Below, in pieces: positions 9,290 to 20,523 of a stretch of DNA of 64,000 nt (its first letter is position 1; each line of letters opens with the position of its first letter). Below the pieces are notes generated by a model. It saw only the letters and a list, made by a program, of their open reading frames with translations, searched no databases and was not told the origin of the DNA. This DNA is from Coprococcus sp. (GTDB lineage Bacteria; Bacillota; Clostridia; Lachnospirales; Lachnospiraceae): assembly GCA_016297495.1 (NCBI GenBank), contig JAEDGN010000002.1, forward strand, positions 12,443-76,442, given 5' to 3'. A program made the position numbers and the translations under genes.

Positions 9290-10831
9290 ATGCGCACAGA
9301 AGAAAAAAGATCAGTTAAAAACAGTATGAGCCGGCTGCTTTTTGTTGGACTGTCGGTTTTGATACAGGCTGCATGGATTGTTATTTTATTTGTAAAACTA
9401 AATGAATATTCAACGGGGATATCTTTGGCTTCCAGTATTATTGCTTTTCTGGTTGTGCTGAAGATATACGGACGTGATATGAATGCGGCCATGAAGATGC
9501 CCTGGATCATCCTTATTATGGCATTCCCTGTCATGGGTGTCTGTATTTATTTTCTCTGCGGACATTCCGGCGTCAATGGCAGTATGCGAAAACATTTTGA
9601 ATCAATCCAGAAGGAATTGCAGGGATTAATCAGTCAGGCTGACAGCGTTCTGGAAGAATTGAAGGCAGAAGATGTCGGCATTGCCAATCAGGCCTGGTAT
9701 ATCTGTAAGTATGGGCATTATCCTATTTACAACAAAACAGATGTGGAGTTTTATGGTGATGCGGCAGATGGATTTGAAGCTCAGAAAAAAGCCATGGCTG
9801 AAGCGGAACATTTTATATTTATGGAGTATCATGCCATTGAGGATGCAGAAAGCTTTGCCGGCATGAAAAAGATATTGATAGAAAAGGCCCGGCAGGGAGT
9901 GGAGGTCCGTATCATCTATGATGATGTTGGAAGTATTGGTTTCCTGAGTCCGGAATTTGTAAAGGAAATGGAGAACTATGGTATTCAGTGCCGTATATTT
10001 AACAGGGTCATACCGGTTCTGAATATATTCATGAATAACAGAGATCATAGAAAGATCACGGTCATTGATGGCAAAGTGGGATTTACGGGCGGATATAATC
10101 TGGCCAATGAATACTTTAATATCACCCATCCTTATGGTCAGTGGAAGGATACGGGAATCCGTCTGGAAGGAGATGCCATTCCAAGCCTGACAGTCATGTT
10201 TCTGGAAATGTGGAATGCCATCAAAAAAACAGATACAGACTATGGGCAGTACCTGCCGGAAATTAACTATGAGGCAAAGCAAAAAGGTTATATTCAGCCA
10301 TATGCCGATAATCCGCTGGATGATGAGCGGGTCGGAGAGAATGTTTATATGAATATTCTCAAAAATGCCAAATCCTATGCTTATTTTACAACACCGTATC
10401 TCATTATCAGTGATGAGATGAAGCGGGAACTGACGCTTGCTGCAAAAAGAGGTGTTGATGTGAGAATAGTCACACCGGGTATACCGGATAAAAAGCCGGT
10501 TTATATGGCTACCCGGTCCTACTATGCAGGGCTTGTAAAGAGTGGTGTGCGCATTTATGAATATACACCGGGCTTCTGTCATGCCAAACAGTGTGTCTGT
10601 GATGACGAAACAGCGGTGGTGGGGACCATTAATATGGATTACCGCAGTCTATATCTGCATTTTGAAAATGCTGCATTTATTTATAATAGTCCGATTATCG
10701 CTGATATTAAGAAGGATTTCGATGAACTGTTCCCGGTGTGCCGGGATGTAACAGAACAATACAGAAGCGGCAGATCAACAGCATTGCGTATCTGGCAGTG
10801 TATATTGAGGTTGTTTGCACCGCTTTTGTAA
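9290..10831 (+). CDS. cls: Cardiolipin synthase
   Basis: Two PLD HKD motifs (HRKITVID, HAKQCVCD), N-terminal TM helices. Confidence 0.92.
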   Translation: MRTEEKRSVKNSMSRLLFVGLSVLIQAAWIVILFVKLNEYSTGISLASSIIAFLVVLKIYGRDMNAAMKMPWIILIMAFPVMGVCIYFLCGHSGVNGSMRKHFESIQKELQGLISQADSVLEELKAEDVGIANQAWYICKYGHYPIYNKTDVEFYGDAADGFEAQKKAMAEAEHFIFMEYHAIEDAESFAGMKKILIEKARQGVEVRIIYDDVGSIGFLSPEFVKEMENYGIQCRIFNRVIPVLNIFMNNRDHRKITVIDGKVGFTGGYNLANEYFNITHPYGQWKDTGIRLEGDAIPSLTVMFLEMWNAIKKTDTDYGQYLPEINYEAKQKGYIQPYADNPLDDERVGENVYMNILKNAKSYAYFTTPYLIISDEMKRELTLAAKRGVDVRIVTPGIPDKKPVYMATRSYYAGLVKSGVRIYEYTPGFCHAKQCVCDDETAVVGTINMDYRSLYLHFENAAFIYNSPIIADIKKDFDELFPVCRDVTEQYRSGRSTALRIWQCILRLFAPLL

Positions 10832-10840
10832 AAATATTGA

Positions 10841-10868
10841 AAAGGGCCGCTGTTTACAGCGGCCCTTT
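10841..10868. terminator. Bidirectional terminator between cls and MATE
   Basis: AAAGGGCCGCTG-ttta-CAGCGGCCCTTT. Confidence 0.75.
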
Positions 10869-10884
10869 CAGTCTGTGGATCAGA

Positions 10885-12231
10885 TTATTTTTGTACAGTA
10901 TTGGAGACCGTATTCCGCCATGCGCCATTGCGGTAGAAAGTAATGGCAATGATAGTGGAAATGGTCCATCCTATCGGCCATGCGGCCCATATACCGATCG
11001 GTCCGAATTGTTTGGACAGAATGACAGCCAGAACGACACGGAGAATAAGATCGGTGAAGGTATCGATCATGAAAGCCTTCATCAGCCCGGCACCTCTTAG
11101 TATACTGTCGGCAATGAGCTTGACACATACGACAAAATAAAATGGGGACAGAATACGAAGATATTGTACACCTGTCTGAATGGCCGTTCCCGTTGGCGTG
11201 TCAATGAATATGTACAGGAGCATTTTTCCTGCAAAGAAATAGAGAAGAAACATCGGGATACAGATCATCCAGACCATTTTGATGCCGGCGGCAAAGCCCT
11301 CACGAACGCGATCCGGTTTTCCGGCTCCGAGATTCTGGGCGGTATAGTTGGATATACCATTGGCCATAGTCGTGAAGGATGTGATGACCAGGTTGTTCAG
11401 CTTCACACCGGCAGCATAACCTGCCATGACACCGGTACCGAAGCCATTGATCACACCCTGAATGATAATATTGCCTACAGAGATAAAGCTTTGCTGAAGG
11501 ATACTTGGCACTGCAATGACGGCTATCTTACAAAAAATCGGCCATGAGAATAAAGCAGCAGGACTGTCTGTCGGTATGGCGTGCAGCCTTCGCATAACGA
11601 CGATGATCGAAAGTACGGCACTGACACCCTGACAGAGGAAAGTGGCCCATGCAACACCGGCGACTCCCATATGCAGAACAGTTACGAACAGGATATCGAC
11701 AAGGATATTGGCCGTTGAAGAGATGGACAGAAAGATAAAGGAAGTTCTGGAATCTCCAAGGGCCGAAAAAATACCTGTGGCTACATTATAAAAGAGCAGG
11801 AATGGCAATCCCCATATGTAAATATCCAGATACAGTCTGGAATCTGCCATAAGCTCTTCCGGCGTCTGGATGAGCTGCAGCAGAGCGCTGCATCCGAAGA
11901 TACCGATGATCATCAATACGGCGCAAAGTACTGCACTGGAAATAAGAGCAGTGTAAACCGCTGTCTTCACATTTGTGTATTCTTTGGCACCAAAAAAGCG
12001 TGAGACGATAACGGAGCAGCCGATATTGCATCCAAAAGCGAAGGCGATGAAGATCAGTGTAATCTCATAGCTGTTGCCTACGGCGGCCAGAGCATTTTCT
12101 CCTATAAATTTACCGGCAACAAAGCTGTCGGCCAGGTTGTATAACTGCTGAAAAAGGATACTGCCCAGAAGAGGCAGACAGAAGCGCCACAGGACGCTCC
12201 AGGGATTTCCGACGGTAAGATCTTTGTTCAA
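10885..12231 (-). CDS. MATE family efflux transporter
   Basis: QQLYNLADSFVAG, LGDSRT, GVAGVAWAT, QNLGAG; about 12 TM. Confidence 0.92.
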   Translation of the reverse strand: MNKDLTVGNPWSVLWRFCLPLLGSILFQQLYNLADSFVAGKFIGENALAAVGNSYEITLIFIAFAFGCNIGCSVIVSRFFGAKEYTNVKTAVYTALISSAVLCAVLMIIGIFGCSALLQLIQTPEELMADSRLYLDIYIWGLPFLLFYNVATGIFSALGDSRTSFIFLSISSTANILVDILFVTVLHMGVAGVAWATFLCQGVSAVLSIIVVMRRLHAIPTDSPAALFSWPIFCKIAVIAVPSILQQSFISVGNIIIQGVINGFGTGVMAGYAAGVKLNNLVITSFTTMANGISNYTAQNLGAGKPDRVREGFAAGIKMVWMICIPMFLLYFFAGKMLLYIFIDTPTGTAIQTGVQYLRILSPFYFVVCVKLIADSILRGAGLMKAFMIDTFTDLILRVVLAVILSKQFGPIGIWAAWPIGWTISTIIAITFYRNGAWRNTVSNTVQK

Positions 12232-12269
12232 TGTAATTTCCTCCTGATAATTTTATAGAATTCAGTCAA

Positions 12270-12977
12270 CTAAATAGCCTTTAGATATTCAATCAGCTCT
12301 GTAAAAAGACCCTTCGGTCCGTCCCAATGACTATTTTGGGCAGGAATCATACAGTCCGTGACCCAAAATGCGTTCATACCGATGGAGGATGCTGCCAGCA
12401 TATCTTCAGTTTCATCATTGCCGACCATGAGACATTCTTCCGGAGAAAAGCCTATTCTGGCGCAGATATCGCTATAATAAGCAGGGTTAGGTTTGCAGTA
12501 GCAGTCTGTTTCATAGGAGGTGACCATGTCAAAGTCCTCCGGTTTTAATCCTACCCAGCTGAGGCGGGAAGCGTGACCGGCCAATGGAAAGATTGGATTG
12601 GAAGCAAGTATGACCTTGCGTCCATTGCTGTGGGCCAGGCGGACAGCATGGGCAGCCAGCGGGTTTTCACCGGTGCAAACTTTGGCACGATGGAACTCGT
12701 TGGAGTAGAATCTGTCACAGGCTGGTTTAAAAATATCCACATTAACACCGCTTAAATCGGCAAAAGTTTTCCAGAAAACTTTCTCGTTAGTCTGAAGTCC
12801 GTTATTTTTTACCATAGCACCGGTACCGGCCCATACAACATCCACCAGTTTCTTTGGTTCAATTCCAAGGGGGGCAATAACACCGGCCAGCTCTTTAAAG
12901 TAGGCTCTGGTGAAGGCATCCTGATCCATTGGGAGCAAAGTGCCATCTAAATCAAATAAAATCGCTTTGATATTCAT
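12270..12977 (-). CDS. HAD-superfamily hydrolase
   Basis: FDLDGTL, CKPNP, MVGND motifs; start set at ATG 12977 after AAAGGAG. Confidence 0.88.
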   Translation of the reverse strand: MNIKAILFDLDGTLLPMDQDAFTRAYFKELAGVIAPLGIEPKKLVDVVWAGTGAMVKNNGLQTNEKVFWKTFADLSGVNVDIFKPACDRFYSNEFHRAKVCTGENPLAAHAVRLAHSNGRKVILASNPIFPLAGHASRLSWVGLKPEDFDMVTSYETDCYCKPNPAYYSDICARIGFSPEECLMVGNDETEDMLAASSIGMNAFWVTDCMIPAQNSHWDGPKGLFTELIEYLKAI

Positions 12978-13129
12978 AATAATTTCAACTCCTTTATCAC
13001 TCAACGTACCACTTTTTTCAATAGGTGTCAATTAAAAATGAGTGTTGCATTTTGAAGATGACAGTTTTATACTTGAACAAAGAGATTTTCAGATGAATAT
13101 AAGAATGATATATGAGGAGGCTGTGACTG

Positions 13130-13726
13130 GTGATGGGAGAGAGCAGACTGGATAAACAGTTTAAATTTTGCAGGGAAATAGATAAGGAAAAGATGATTGG
13201 AAGACAGACTTATCTGACTGGCGGGGAACGGAAGGAGAATGATGCAGAGCATGCATGGCATATGGCTCTGATGACTGTGCTTCTCAGTGAATATGCGGAA
13301 GAAGAAATAGATGTGCTGAAGACGGTGACAATGCTGTTGATTCACGACATTGTGGAGATAGATGCGGGGGATACCTATGCCTATGATGAAGAAGCGAAGA
13401 AGACACAGCGGCAGCGGGAACTAGCAGCGGCAGACAGAATATTTGGCATCCTGCCGGAAGATCAGGGAAGAAAGCTTCGCGATCTGTGGGAAGAGTTTGA
13501 GGAGGCTGAAACAGCAGAGGCAAAATTTGCTCATACGATGGATAATCTTCAGCCAATGATGCTCAATGACCTTACCGATGGTAAATCATGGGTGAAAAAA
13601 GGGGTTCGTCTCGGGCAGATTCTTAAAAGAAATGAGCACACCGCAGAGGGATCAGAAATCTTATGGGATTATGCCCAGGAGAACTTTCTGATACCGAATG
13701 TGGAGAAGGGAAGGATTAAACCATGA
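13130..13726 (+). CDS. HD domain hydrolase (YfbR/HDDC2-like)
   Basis: ENDAEHAWH, LIHDIVEIDAGD motifs. Confidence 0.85.
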   Translation: MMGESRLDKQFKFCREIDKEKMIGRQTYLTGGERKENDAEHAWHMALMTVLLSEYAEEEIDVLKTVTMLLIHDIVEIDAGDTYAYDEEAKKTQRQRELAAADRIFGILPEDQGRKLRDLWEEFEEAETAEAKFAHTMDNLQPMMLNDLTDGKSWVKKGVRLGQILKRNEHTAEGSEILWDYAQENFLIPNVEKGRIKP

Positions 13727-14193
13727 CCCATCAGAAGGAGGTGTGGTCTCCGGAGATTCTGATCAGATTTTACGGTGAGGATATTCTGGCTTCTGAGGGA
13801 ATGCAGCAGGAAAAATCCTACATGCAGCATGGAAGAGTCAGTGTTTTTGAGCATTCCTTCAAAGTGACCTGTCTTTGCCTGATGATTGCCCATTATCTCC
13901 GTATCAGAGTAGATCGTCGTGCTTTGATCAGAGGGGCACTGCTTCATGATTATTTTCTGTATGACTGGCATGTGCCGGATAAAAGTCACAGGCTCCATGG
14001 CTTTACTCATGCGGGTCAGGCGCTGATGAATGCAGAGAAGGATTTTATTCTGGGGCAGATTGAGAGGGACATGATTAAAAGGCATATGTTTCCTTTGAAT
14101 CCCATACCGCCAAGATATCGGGAAAGCCTGATTCTGTGTGTTGCGGATAAGATCTGTGCGCTGCAGGAAACGGTGGAAGGCAGAATGGGATAG
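13723..14193 (+). CDS. HD domain phosphohydrolase
   Basis: FEHS, ALLHDYFLYDWH, HGFTH, HMFPL, VADK motifs; ATGA overlap. Confidence 0.85.
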   Translation: MTHQKEVWSPEILIRFYGEDILASEGMQQEKSYMQHGRVSVFEHSFKVTCLCLMIAHYLRIRVDRRALIRGALLHDYFLYDWHVPDKSHRLHGFTHAGQALMNAEKDFILGQIERDMIKRHMFPLNPIPPRYRESLILCVADKICALQETVEGRMG

Positions 14194-14234
14194 CTGTGTC
14201 ATGATGGAAGTATACAGAATCAGTGTATCAAATG

Positions 14235-14281
14235 AAAAAGGTTCGGGAATGATCTGCGGCGGCAGATTCCCGAACCTTTTT
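14235..14281. terminator. Bidirectional terminator
   Basis: AAAAAGGTTCGGGAAT...ATTCCCGAACCTTTTT with inner CTGC/GCAG stem, between convergent genes. Confidence 0.8.
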
Positions 14282-14300
14282 TGCTGGAGTGGCATGGACA

Positions 14301-17300
14301 TCAGGTTATGGCAGGTTTATCTTTAATATTGCCTGATTTTGCATTCATGATCAGCATCTGGAGCCGGTTTTCGATATTAGCGAAGCTGACATCCGGATCA
14401 TAATCCAGCGGCAGTATCTGAGCGTCCGGATACATTTCCTTCAGCCGTTTGGAGATCCCTCTTCCAACGACATGATTTGGCAGACATCCGAATGGCTGCA
14501 GGATCACGAAGGAGCGACATCCGTTTTTAGCATGATGCAGTATTTCACCCGGTATCAGTACCCCTTCGCCGGCATCGAAAGTGTGGTGGATGATCGGATC
14601 GCTGTCTTTGACCAGATCCGGCATCCTGCAGGCCGGTGTATAGAGTGGATGGGCCCTGGCGATGGCATCGGTCATGTCGTGGGCCATATCAAATACCTTA
14701 TCAACGGTGGCAAGCCAGGTCTTTTTCATCCATGGTTTTTTTAGTTTATATTCTTTGATCTGGGCGTCCAGGTAGAAATAGGACTTCTGGATAACGTCGG
14801 ACATACGGGCTTCAATGATTTCAAAGCCGTTATGCTCCAGATAATCTTCAATATCGTGGTTGGCTCCCGGATGGAAGTTCAGCAGATATTCGCCGACGAT
14901 CAACACCCTCGGTCTTGGAATGGTGCGGTCATAAGCAACATTCTTCATCAGATCGATGGCTTTTTTAAAACCGCTTCGGATACCGGCTACGCCGTGATTC
15001 TGAAGTCCTTCGACAACGGCATCCATTCCCTGCTCAAAGGCCTGAGTGGTACTGCCGGGAACTTTTTCGTAGGGTCGTATTTTCCTTAACAATTCTTCCA
15101 GTACATCGATGACCGGCAGGGCAAAGGCCAGCCGGACTGCAGAGCCGAGACTCATACGGAAGCCCGGGTGCATGTTGTGATAATCTACATCATCATTGGT
15201 GAGAATAGGTACATGGCTGTATCCGGCATCATCCAGTGCTTTGCGGAGCAGGGCACTGTAATGGGTGAGACGGCAGTCGCCGATATACTTGCCCATACCG
15301 ATGGCCACTTCTTTATCATCATATTTTCCGCTGCGAAGAGCTGCCAATGCCTCGCCAATAACGATCTGGCAAGGGAAGCAGATGTCGTTGTGGACATACT
15401 GTTTGCCCAGGCGGATAGCCTCTTCACGGCCGATATCCAATGGTTCGGCTTTGATATGCTGGCTGCAGATGGCCGCTGACATGATTCTGCAGAAGGCATG
15501 GGAGGTATTAGGAACAAGGACAACTTTTTCTTTGCGGCTTTTCTTTGTAAATTTTACCGGATACGGGTCTTCCAGTTCGTGAATGATAAGATCCGGGTCC
15601 TGTTCCCGACGCATGGTGATTGTCTCCACAAATGAGCGCACACGGATGCGCAGCGGCCCCTGTATATCACTTTCGTCCAGTTTCAGAATCAGCGGTATTT
15701 TGCCGGAAATCTCTTTCATCAGACGGATGATCTCATCGGAAAGATAGGCATCATGGCCGCATCCAAAGCTGACGATCTGGACATATTCCAGATGGGTGCT
15801 TCTGGCAGCAAGAATAGCGGAAGAGAGCATTCGTGCATGATAATTGTTGACAATATCCAGCCGGCTCATGCTCAGATCCACCTGATCGGTTCCCGGAAGG
15901 GAGTCGGCGGTCAGCACGGGGATTCCAAGGCTGGTGAACATCTCCGGAAGATCATGATTGACCAGAGCATCATTCTGGTATGGACGGGAGGCCAGAACGA
16001 CGGCATAGGTTCCTCTGGCGGTTACATCATCCAGAACAGCCTGTCCGGCCTGTTTCAGTTCTGTATGAAACTGATTCTGAGCCGCATCTGCGTTTTGAAT
16101 AGCCTGTCTGGTCTGCTCCGGTGTGATCCGGAAGGTTTTTTCCATATACAGGGTCAGCTGTTTGTCGCGGTCCTCTTTTTTATACCAGTGAAATAACGGT
16201 GCATCAAAAGGAATCTGCCAGCGCTTTTCGGGATTGTCAGAATTGCGGATGACAATAGGGTAGCCTTTGACGATGGCACACATGGATTCACTGGTTTCTT
16301 CTGTGTTTTCTGATGTAACCGTTGTAATGGACGGCATGAAAATGCGGTCTGCCCCTTTTTCGGTCAGATTGCGGAGATGGCCGTGAACCAGCTTGGCAGG
16401 AAAACAGACAGTATCCGATGTGACAGCGGATAGTCCGTCCTCATATATTTTACGTGTACTCAGATCCGATATTTTAATCTTAAAGCCGAGGGAACGCCAG
16501 AAGGTCGTCCAGAACGGCATTGTCTCCCAGTAGGAGAGTACTCTCGGAAGACCGATAGTCACCTCTTTGTCAGGTGCTGCGGCTGTATAAGGATAATCTT
16601 TAAATAACAGCTGCTGGCGGGTCCGGAAGAGATTCGGAACCTGTTCTCTGGTCCGGGTGGTCGCCTTCAGCTTTTCACGGACTGCTTCTTCATGGGGGTC
16701 ACCGAGAATTTCACCGCGTTCGCAGCGGTTATTGGTGACCCAGGAGCTGCCGTTGGAAAAACGGACGATGGTTCGTTTACAGTGGTTGGCACAGAACGGG
16801 CACGGTGAGTTGGATTCCTGTGTATAGGAAAAGTCTTCGATGGCGTCCAGTCCAATAAAGGTTCTCTCCATCTGGCGGGCATGAAAACGTTCTTTGGTGA
16901 TCAGGGCTGCGCCGATGGCGCCCATAATACCGGGATAAGGGGCGCGGACAACTTCACGTCCCGTGTACTGTTCCATGGCGCGCAAAACGGCATCATTCTG
17001 GAAAGTGCCGCCCTGAACAACGATTTTATTGCCGAGACTGTCCAGATTGGAGATGCGGATGACTTTTGTAAAGACATTTTCAATGATGGAACGGCACAAA
17101 CCGGCCATAATATCCTCTGACTGCTTTCCATTACGCTGTTCCGTCACAATACTGCTGTTCATAAAAACTGTACAGCGGCTGCCAAGGGCTGCGGGATGCC
17201 GTGAGGAGAAAGCAGCGTGGGCGATCTCCTCTACCGGAATATGTAAAGACGAAGCGAAATTTTCAAGGAACGAACCGCAGCCTGAGGAGCAGGCTTCATT

Positions 17301-18701
17301 GACAACGATATTGGTAATGATGCCATTGTCGATCCATATCGCCTTCATGTCCTGTCCGCCGATGTCCAGAATAAAAGTCGCATCACTGACGTATTTATCT
17401 GCTGCGCGGGCGTGAGCTACGGTTTCTACCACATGGCATTCTGTACTGAAGGCTTTGGAAAACAGCAGTTCGCCATAGCCTGTGGTACCTGCAGCAATGA
17501 TATCGAGAGTGGCACCGGCTGCGCGGCAGCGGTCACGGACCGCCTTAAGAGCTGCTTTTGCAACAGCCAGAGGTTCCCCTTCATTTGGAGCATAAAAAGA
17601 ATCAAGGATATTTTCGTCTTCATCTATTAAAACAAATTTTGTTGTGGTGCTTCCGGAATCAATTCCCAGATAAGCATGAACGGTCTGACCGGCCTGAGGC
17701 TGAAAATGTGTACATTCCGGCAGCTGATGTCTTTTGACAAAAGCATCATATTCTTCCTGTGAGTCAAAAAACACTGGCGCATCCTGAGAGGTGTGGAGAC
17801 TGGACTGAAGGGTTTCGTCTGAAAGCAGGTCAAGAAGCCGGGACGGACGCCGCCAGGAGGTGCTGCTGGCAAACATTTTCTCCAGAGAAAGGGCGGCACC
17901 GAAGGCAATCATGATCTCAGGATGTTCCGGGCACAGTGTTTCTTCGGGTAAAAGATTCAAACGCTGGGCAAATACCTGTACGAGCTCCGGATTGAAGGTA
18001 AGAGGTCCTCCTTCGAAAACAACGGGCTTCTTGATGTCGAGGCCCTGGGCCAGACCGCCGATGGTCTGTTTGGCAATGGCGTGAAAGGAAGAAAGGGCCA
18101 GATCCGGTTTGGATATACCCTGATTCAGCAGCGGCTGGATATCTGTTTTGGCATAAACACCGCAGCGGCCGGATATGTCATAAATACAGGACCCCTGAGC
18201 GGCCAGATCATTGAATTCTTCTATAGGTACTTTCAAAATGGCGGCAATTTCATCAATAAAGGCACCGGTGCCGCCGGCGCAGTTTCCGTTCATGCGCATG
18301 TCGGCCACGGTGAGTGCGTTCGTTGATTCATCCCGTCCAAAGAAAATCATTTTTGCATCCTGACCGCCAAGCTCAATGGCAGTTCCTACATTGTCATAAT
18401 GATCTTCCAGAGCAATGGAGTTGGCTACAACTTCCTGAATATAACAGACGCCGAGACTTTCTGCCAGTCTTTTGGCACCTGAGCCCGTAAGGGCAATCCG
18501 TATCAAAGCATCAGGAAAATGTTCATTCAGCATGGAGAGGGCATCATGAACGCTTTGTGCCTGTGCCGCGTTATGACGTTTGTAGTTGGAAAATAAAATC
18601 TTGTTGTTGTCCGGATTAATGGCAACAATTTTCGTCGTGGTCGAACCAACATCGATACCGACAAAAAGACGCTGCACAGCCGGTGCGTAATTGTTTGACA
18701 T
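14301..18701 (-). CDS. 2-hydroxyacyl-CoA dehydratase activase-related multidomain protein (two BadF/BcrA ATPase domains + DUF2229-type region)
   Basis: Two GID(V/S)GSTTTK ... GGQD(A/M)K ATPase domains with Cys ligands (CAGGTG, CSSGCG); SDTVCFPAK, SFGCGHD, HNDICFP, QPFGCLPNH. Confidence 0.88.
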   Translation of the reverse strand: MSNNYAPAVQRLFVGIDVGSTTTKIVAINPDNNKILFSNYKRHNAAQAQSVHDALSMLNEHFPDALIRIALTGSGAKRLAESLGVCYIQEVVANSIALEDHYDNVGTAIELGGQDAKMIFFGRDESTNALTVADMRMNGNCAGGTGAFIDEIAAILKVPIEEFNDLAAQGSCIYDISGRCGVYAKTDIQPLLNQGISKPDLALSSFHAIAKQTIGGLAQGLDIKKPVVFEGGPLTFNPELVQVFAQRLNLLPEETLCPEHPEIMIAFGAALSLEKMFASSTSWRRPSRLLDLLSDETLQSSLHTSQDAPVFFDSQEEYDAFVKRHQLPECTHFQPQAGQTVHAYLGIDSGSTTTKFVLIDEDENILDSFYAPNEGEPLAVAKAALKAVRDRCRAAGATLDIIAAGTTGYGELLFSKAFSTECHVVETVAHARAADKYVSDATFILDIGGQDMKAIWIDNGIITNIVVNEACSSGCGSFLENFASSLHIPVEEIAHAAFSSRHPAALGSRCTVFMNSSIVTEQRNGKQSEDIMAGLCRSIIENVFTKVIRISNLDSLGNKIVVQGGTFQNDAVLRAMEQYTGREVVRAPYPGIMGAIGAALITKERFHARQMERTFIGLDAIEDFSYTQESNSPCPFCANHCKRTIVRFSNGSSWVTNNRCERGEILGDPHEEAVREKLKATTRTREQVPNLFRTRQQLLFKDYPYTAAAPDKEVTIGLPRVLSYWETMPFWTTFWRSLGFKIKISDLSTRKIYEDGLSAVTSDTVCFPAKLVHGHLRNLTEKGADRIFMPSITTVTSENTEETSESMCAIVKGYPIVIRNSDNPEKRWQIPFDAPLFHWYKKEDRDKQLTLYMEKTFRITPEQTRQAIQNADAAQNQFHTELKQAGQAVLDDVTARGTYAVVLASRPYQNDALVNHDLPEMFTSLGIPVLTADSLPGTDQVDLSMSRLDIVNNYHARMLSSAILAARSTHLEYVQIVSFGCGHDAYLSDEIIRLMKEISGKIPLILKLDESDIQGPLRIRVRSFVETITMRREQDPDLIIHELEDPYPVKFTKKSRKEKVVLVPNTSHAFCRIMSAAICSQHIKAEPLDIGREEAIRLGKQYVHNDICFPCQIVIGEALAALRSGKYDDKEVAIGMGKYIGDCRLTHYSALLRKALDDAGYSHVPILTNDDVDYHNMHPGFRMSLGSAVRLAFALPVIDVLEELLRKIRPYEKVPGSTTQAFEQGMDAVVEGLQNHGVAGIRSGFKKAIDLMKNVAYDRTIPRPRVLIVGEYLLNFHPGANHDIEDYLEHNGFEIIEARMSDVIQKSYFYLDAQIKEYKLKKPWMKKTWLATVDKVFDMAHDMTDAIARAHPLYTPACRMPDLVKDSDPIIHHTFDAGEGVLIPGEILHHAKNGCRSFVILQPFGCLPNHVVGRGISKRLKEMYPDAQILPLDYDPDVSFANIENRLQMLIMNAKSGNIKDKPAIT

Positions 18702-18732
18702 CTTTTGTACTCCTGTATTTCTATTGTTTCTT

Positions 18733-19155
18733 TTAAAAATTTTGCTGTACTTTTTGGAGAAGCTTCAGCAAATCTGTTTTTTCCTTGCTGGTAAGGCCCG
18801 TGGTAAGGCGTTCCAGCGTCTTATCCATATGCTCCTGTGCTTCTTCACAGATCCGATACCCTTCACCGGTTATTCTGACGATCTTGATACGTTTGTCTTC
18901 CGTATCACGGGCACAGCTGACAAAGCCTTTTTGCTGGAGACGTTTGACAAGGCCGACGGTTGTAGACTGCCCGATCTGGAGAAGCTTTTCCATTTCCTTC
19001 AGCGAGCAGGAGCCGGATGGGCTGTCTTTCAGGGCAGAGAGCAGATAAATCTGTGAGACTGTCAGGCCCTTTTCCCGCAGGGCATTATTGGCTTCCTTTT
19101 CCATGGCAGCATGAATCTGTCGAATCAGAGGTGCGCATTTTTCAGCGTAAATCAT
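18733..19155 (-). CDS. MarR family regulator
   Basis: wHTH QSTTVGLVKRLQQKGFV...DKRIKIVRIT. Confidence 0.9.
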   Translation of the reverse strand: MIYAEKCAPLIRQIHAAMEKEANNALREKGLTVSQIYLLSALKDSPSGSCSLKEMEKLLQIGQSTTVGLVKRLQQKGFVSCARDTEDKRIKIVRITGEGYRICEEAQEHMDKTLERLTTGLTSKEKTDLLKLLQKVQQNF

Positions 19156-19356
19156 AGATTTTCTCCTGAAAATATATCATATAAAATATGTTTTTTGTCG
19201 CAATGAGTATAGCACTAATGAACGTAAAATTCAATAGCATGGAATTGAATTTCTGGGAGATTGTGCGTTCAGGGAAGAATGTGGTATACTAAGCAAGAAT
19301 TGCTGAGTTGTATTTCTATTTTATTTAGAATGATGCAGCGGAGAAGGAGACAATTT

Positions 19357-20523
19357 ATGGAATACAGGATGAATGACTGGTCGGTGCTGGGCTTTGGGTG
19401 TATGCGTTTTCCGAAAAAGGGAAGCAGTGTGGATATGGAAGAAACAGAGAGGGAACTGGCCTATGCCATTGAACATGGTATTAATTATTTTGATACAGCC
19501 TATATATATAAAGGGAATGAGAAGGTTCTCGGGCAACTGCTGGAGAAGAATCACTGGCGGGAACAGGTACAGATTGCCACTAAGATGCCGCATTATATGA
19601 TTCATTCCATCGGTGAACTGGAGAAATTATTTCAGGAACAGCTGAGGAGACTCAGGACGGATTATGTGGATAATTATCTGATGCATATGCTGCCGGATGT
19701 TCATATCTGGGAGAAACTGATCCGGATGGGGATTTTGGAATGGATCAGTGAAAAAAAGGCCGGCGGGCAGATCCGCAGGGTTGGTTTTTCCTATCACGGG
19801 AACAGCCGGAATTTTATAGAACTTCTGGATGCCTGGGACTGGGAATTCTGCCAGGTGCAGTATAATTATATGGATGAGAACAGTCAGGCCGGCCGGGCCG
19901 GAGTAGAATATGCAGCCGCTAAGGGAATTCCGGTGATTATTATGGAACCGCTTCGGGGCGGCCGTCTGGTCAATGGTCTTCCGAAAAATGCGCAGGAGCT
20001 TTTTGCGAAAGCCAGGCCACAGCGCAGCCCGGCAGAATGGGGGCTTCGCTGGCTGTGGAATCAGCCGGGAGTATCCGTGATTCTGTCAGGCATGAATTCC
20101 ATGGAGATGCTGAAGGAGAATATCCGGATTGCGGAGTCGGTGCGTGCGGGTGAACTTACAGAAGCGGATAGGCAGTTATTTTCAGAGGTTCGTGATGCGA
20201 TCAATGATAAGATGAAGGTACCCTGCACGGGCTGCGGTTATTGCCAGCCATGTCCTTTCGGTGTGGATATTCCGGGTGCTTTCCGATGCTATAATGTGCG
20301 TTATACGGATAATTTCTTCACAGGAATGCGGGAATATCTGATGTGTACCACCTTCCGGGCGGACAGGACCAATGCTTCACGCTGCAGGAAATGCGGTAAA
20401 TGTGAACAGCATTGTCCACAGGGCATTGCCATTCGGAAGGAACTGGAGCAGGTGGTCCGGCATATGGAGAATCCGGTATATAAAGTCATTGCATTTTTTG
20501 CAAAGGGTATGTTCAGGAAATAA
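19357..20523 (+). CDS. Aldo/keto reductase with C-terminal 4Fe-4S domain
   Basis: LGFGCMRFP, NYFDTAYIY, MEPLRGG, CTGCGYCQPCP and CRKCGKCEQHCP; start at ATG 19357 after AAGGAG. Confidence 0.9.
   Translation: MEYRMNDWSVLGFGCMRFPKKGSSVDMEETERELAYAIEHGINYFDTAYIYKGNEKVLGQLLEKNHWREQVQIATKMPHYMIHSIGELEKLFQEQLRRLRTDYVDNYLMHMLPDVHIWEKLIRMGILEWISEKKAGGQIRRVGFSYHGNSRNFIELLDAWDWEFCQVQYNYMDENSQAGRAGVEYAAAKGIPVIIMEPLRGGRLVNGLPKNAQELFAKARPQRSPAEWGLRWLWNQPGVSVILSGMNSMEMLKENIRIAESVRAGELTEADRQLFSEVRDAINDKMKVPCTGCGYCQPCPFGVDIPGAFRCYNVRYTDNFFTGMREYLMCTTFRADRTNASRCRKCGKCEQHCPQGIAIRKELEQVVRHMENPVYKVIAFFAKGMFRK

Noticed and set aside
9626..10582. 318-aa antisense ORF (likewise 59274-60197, 4576-5373, 54486-55190 and other nested ORFs)
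   Set aside because: Lie opposite well-supported genes; explained by codon bias on the coding strand.
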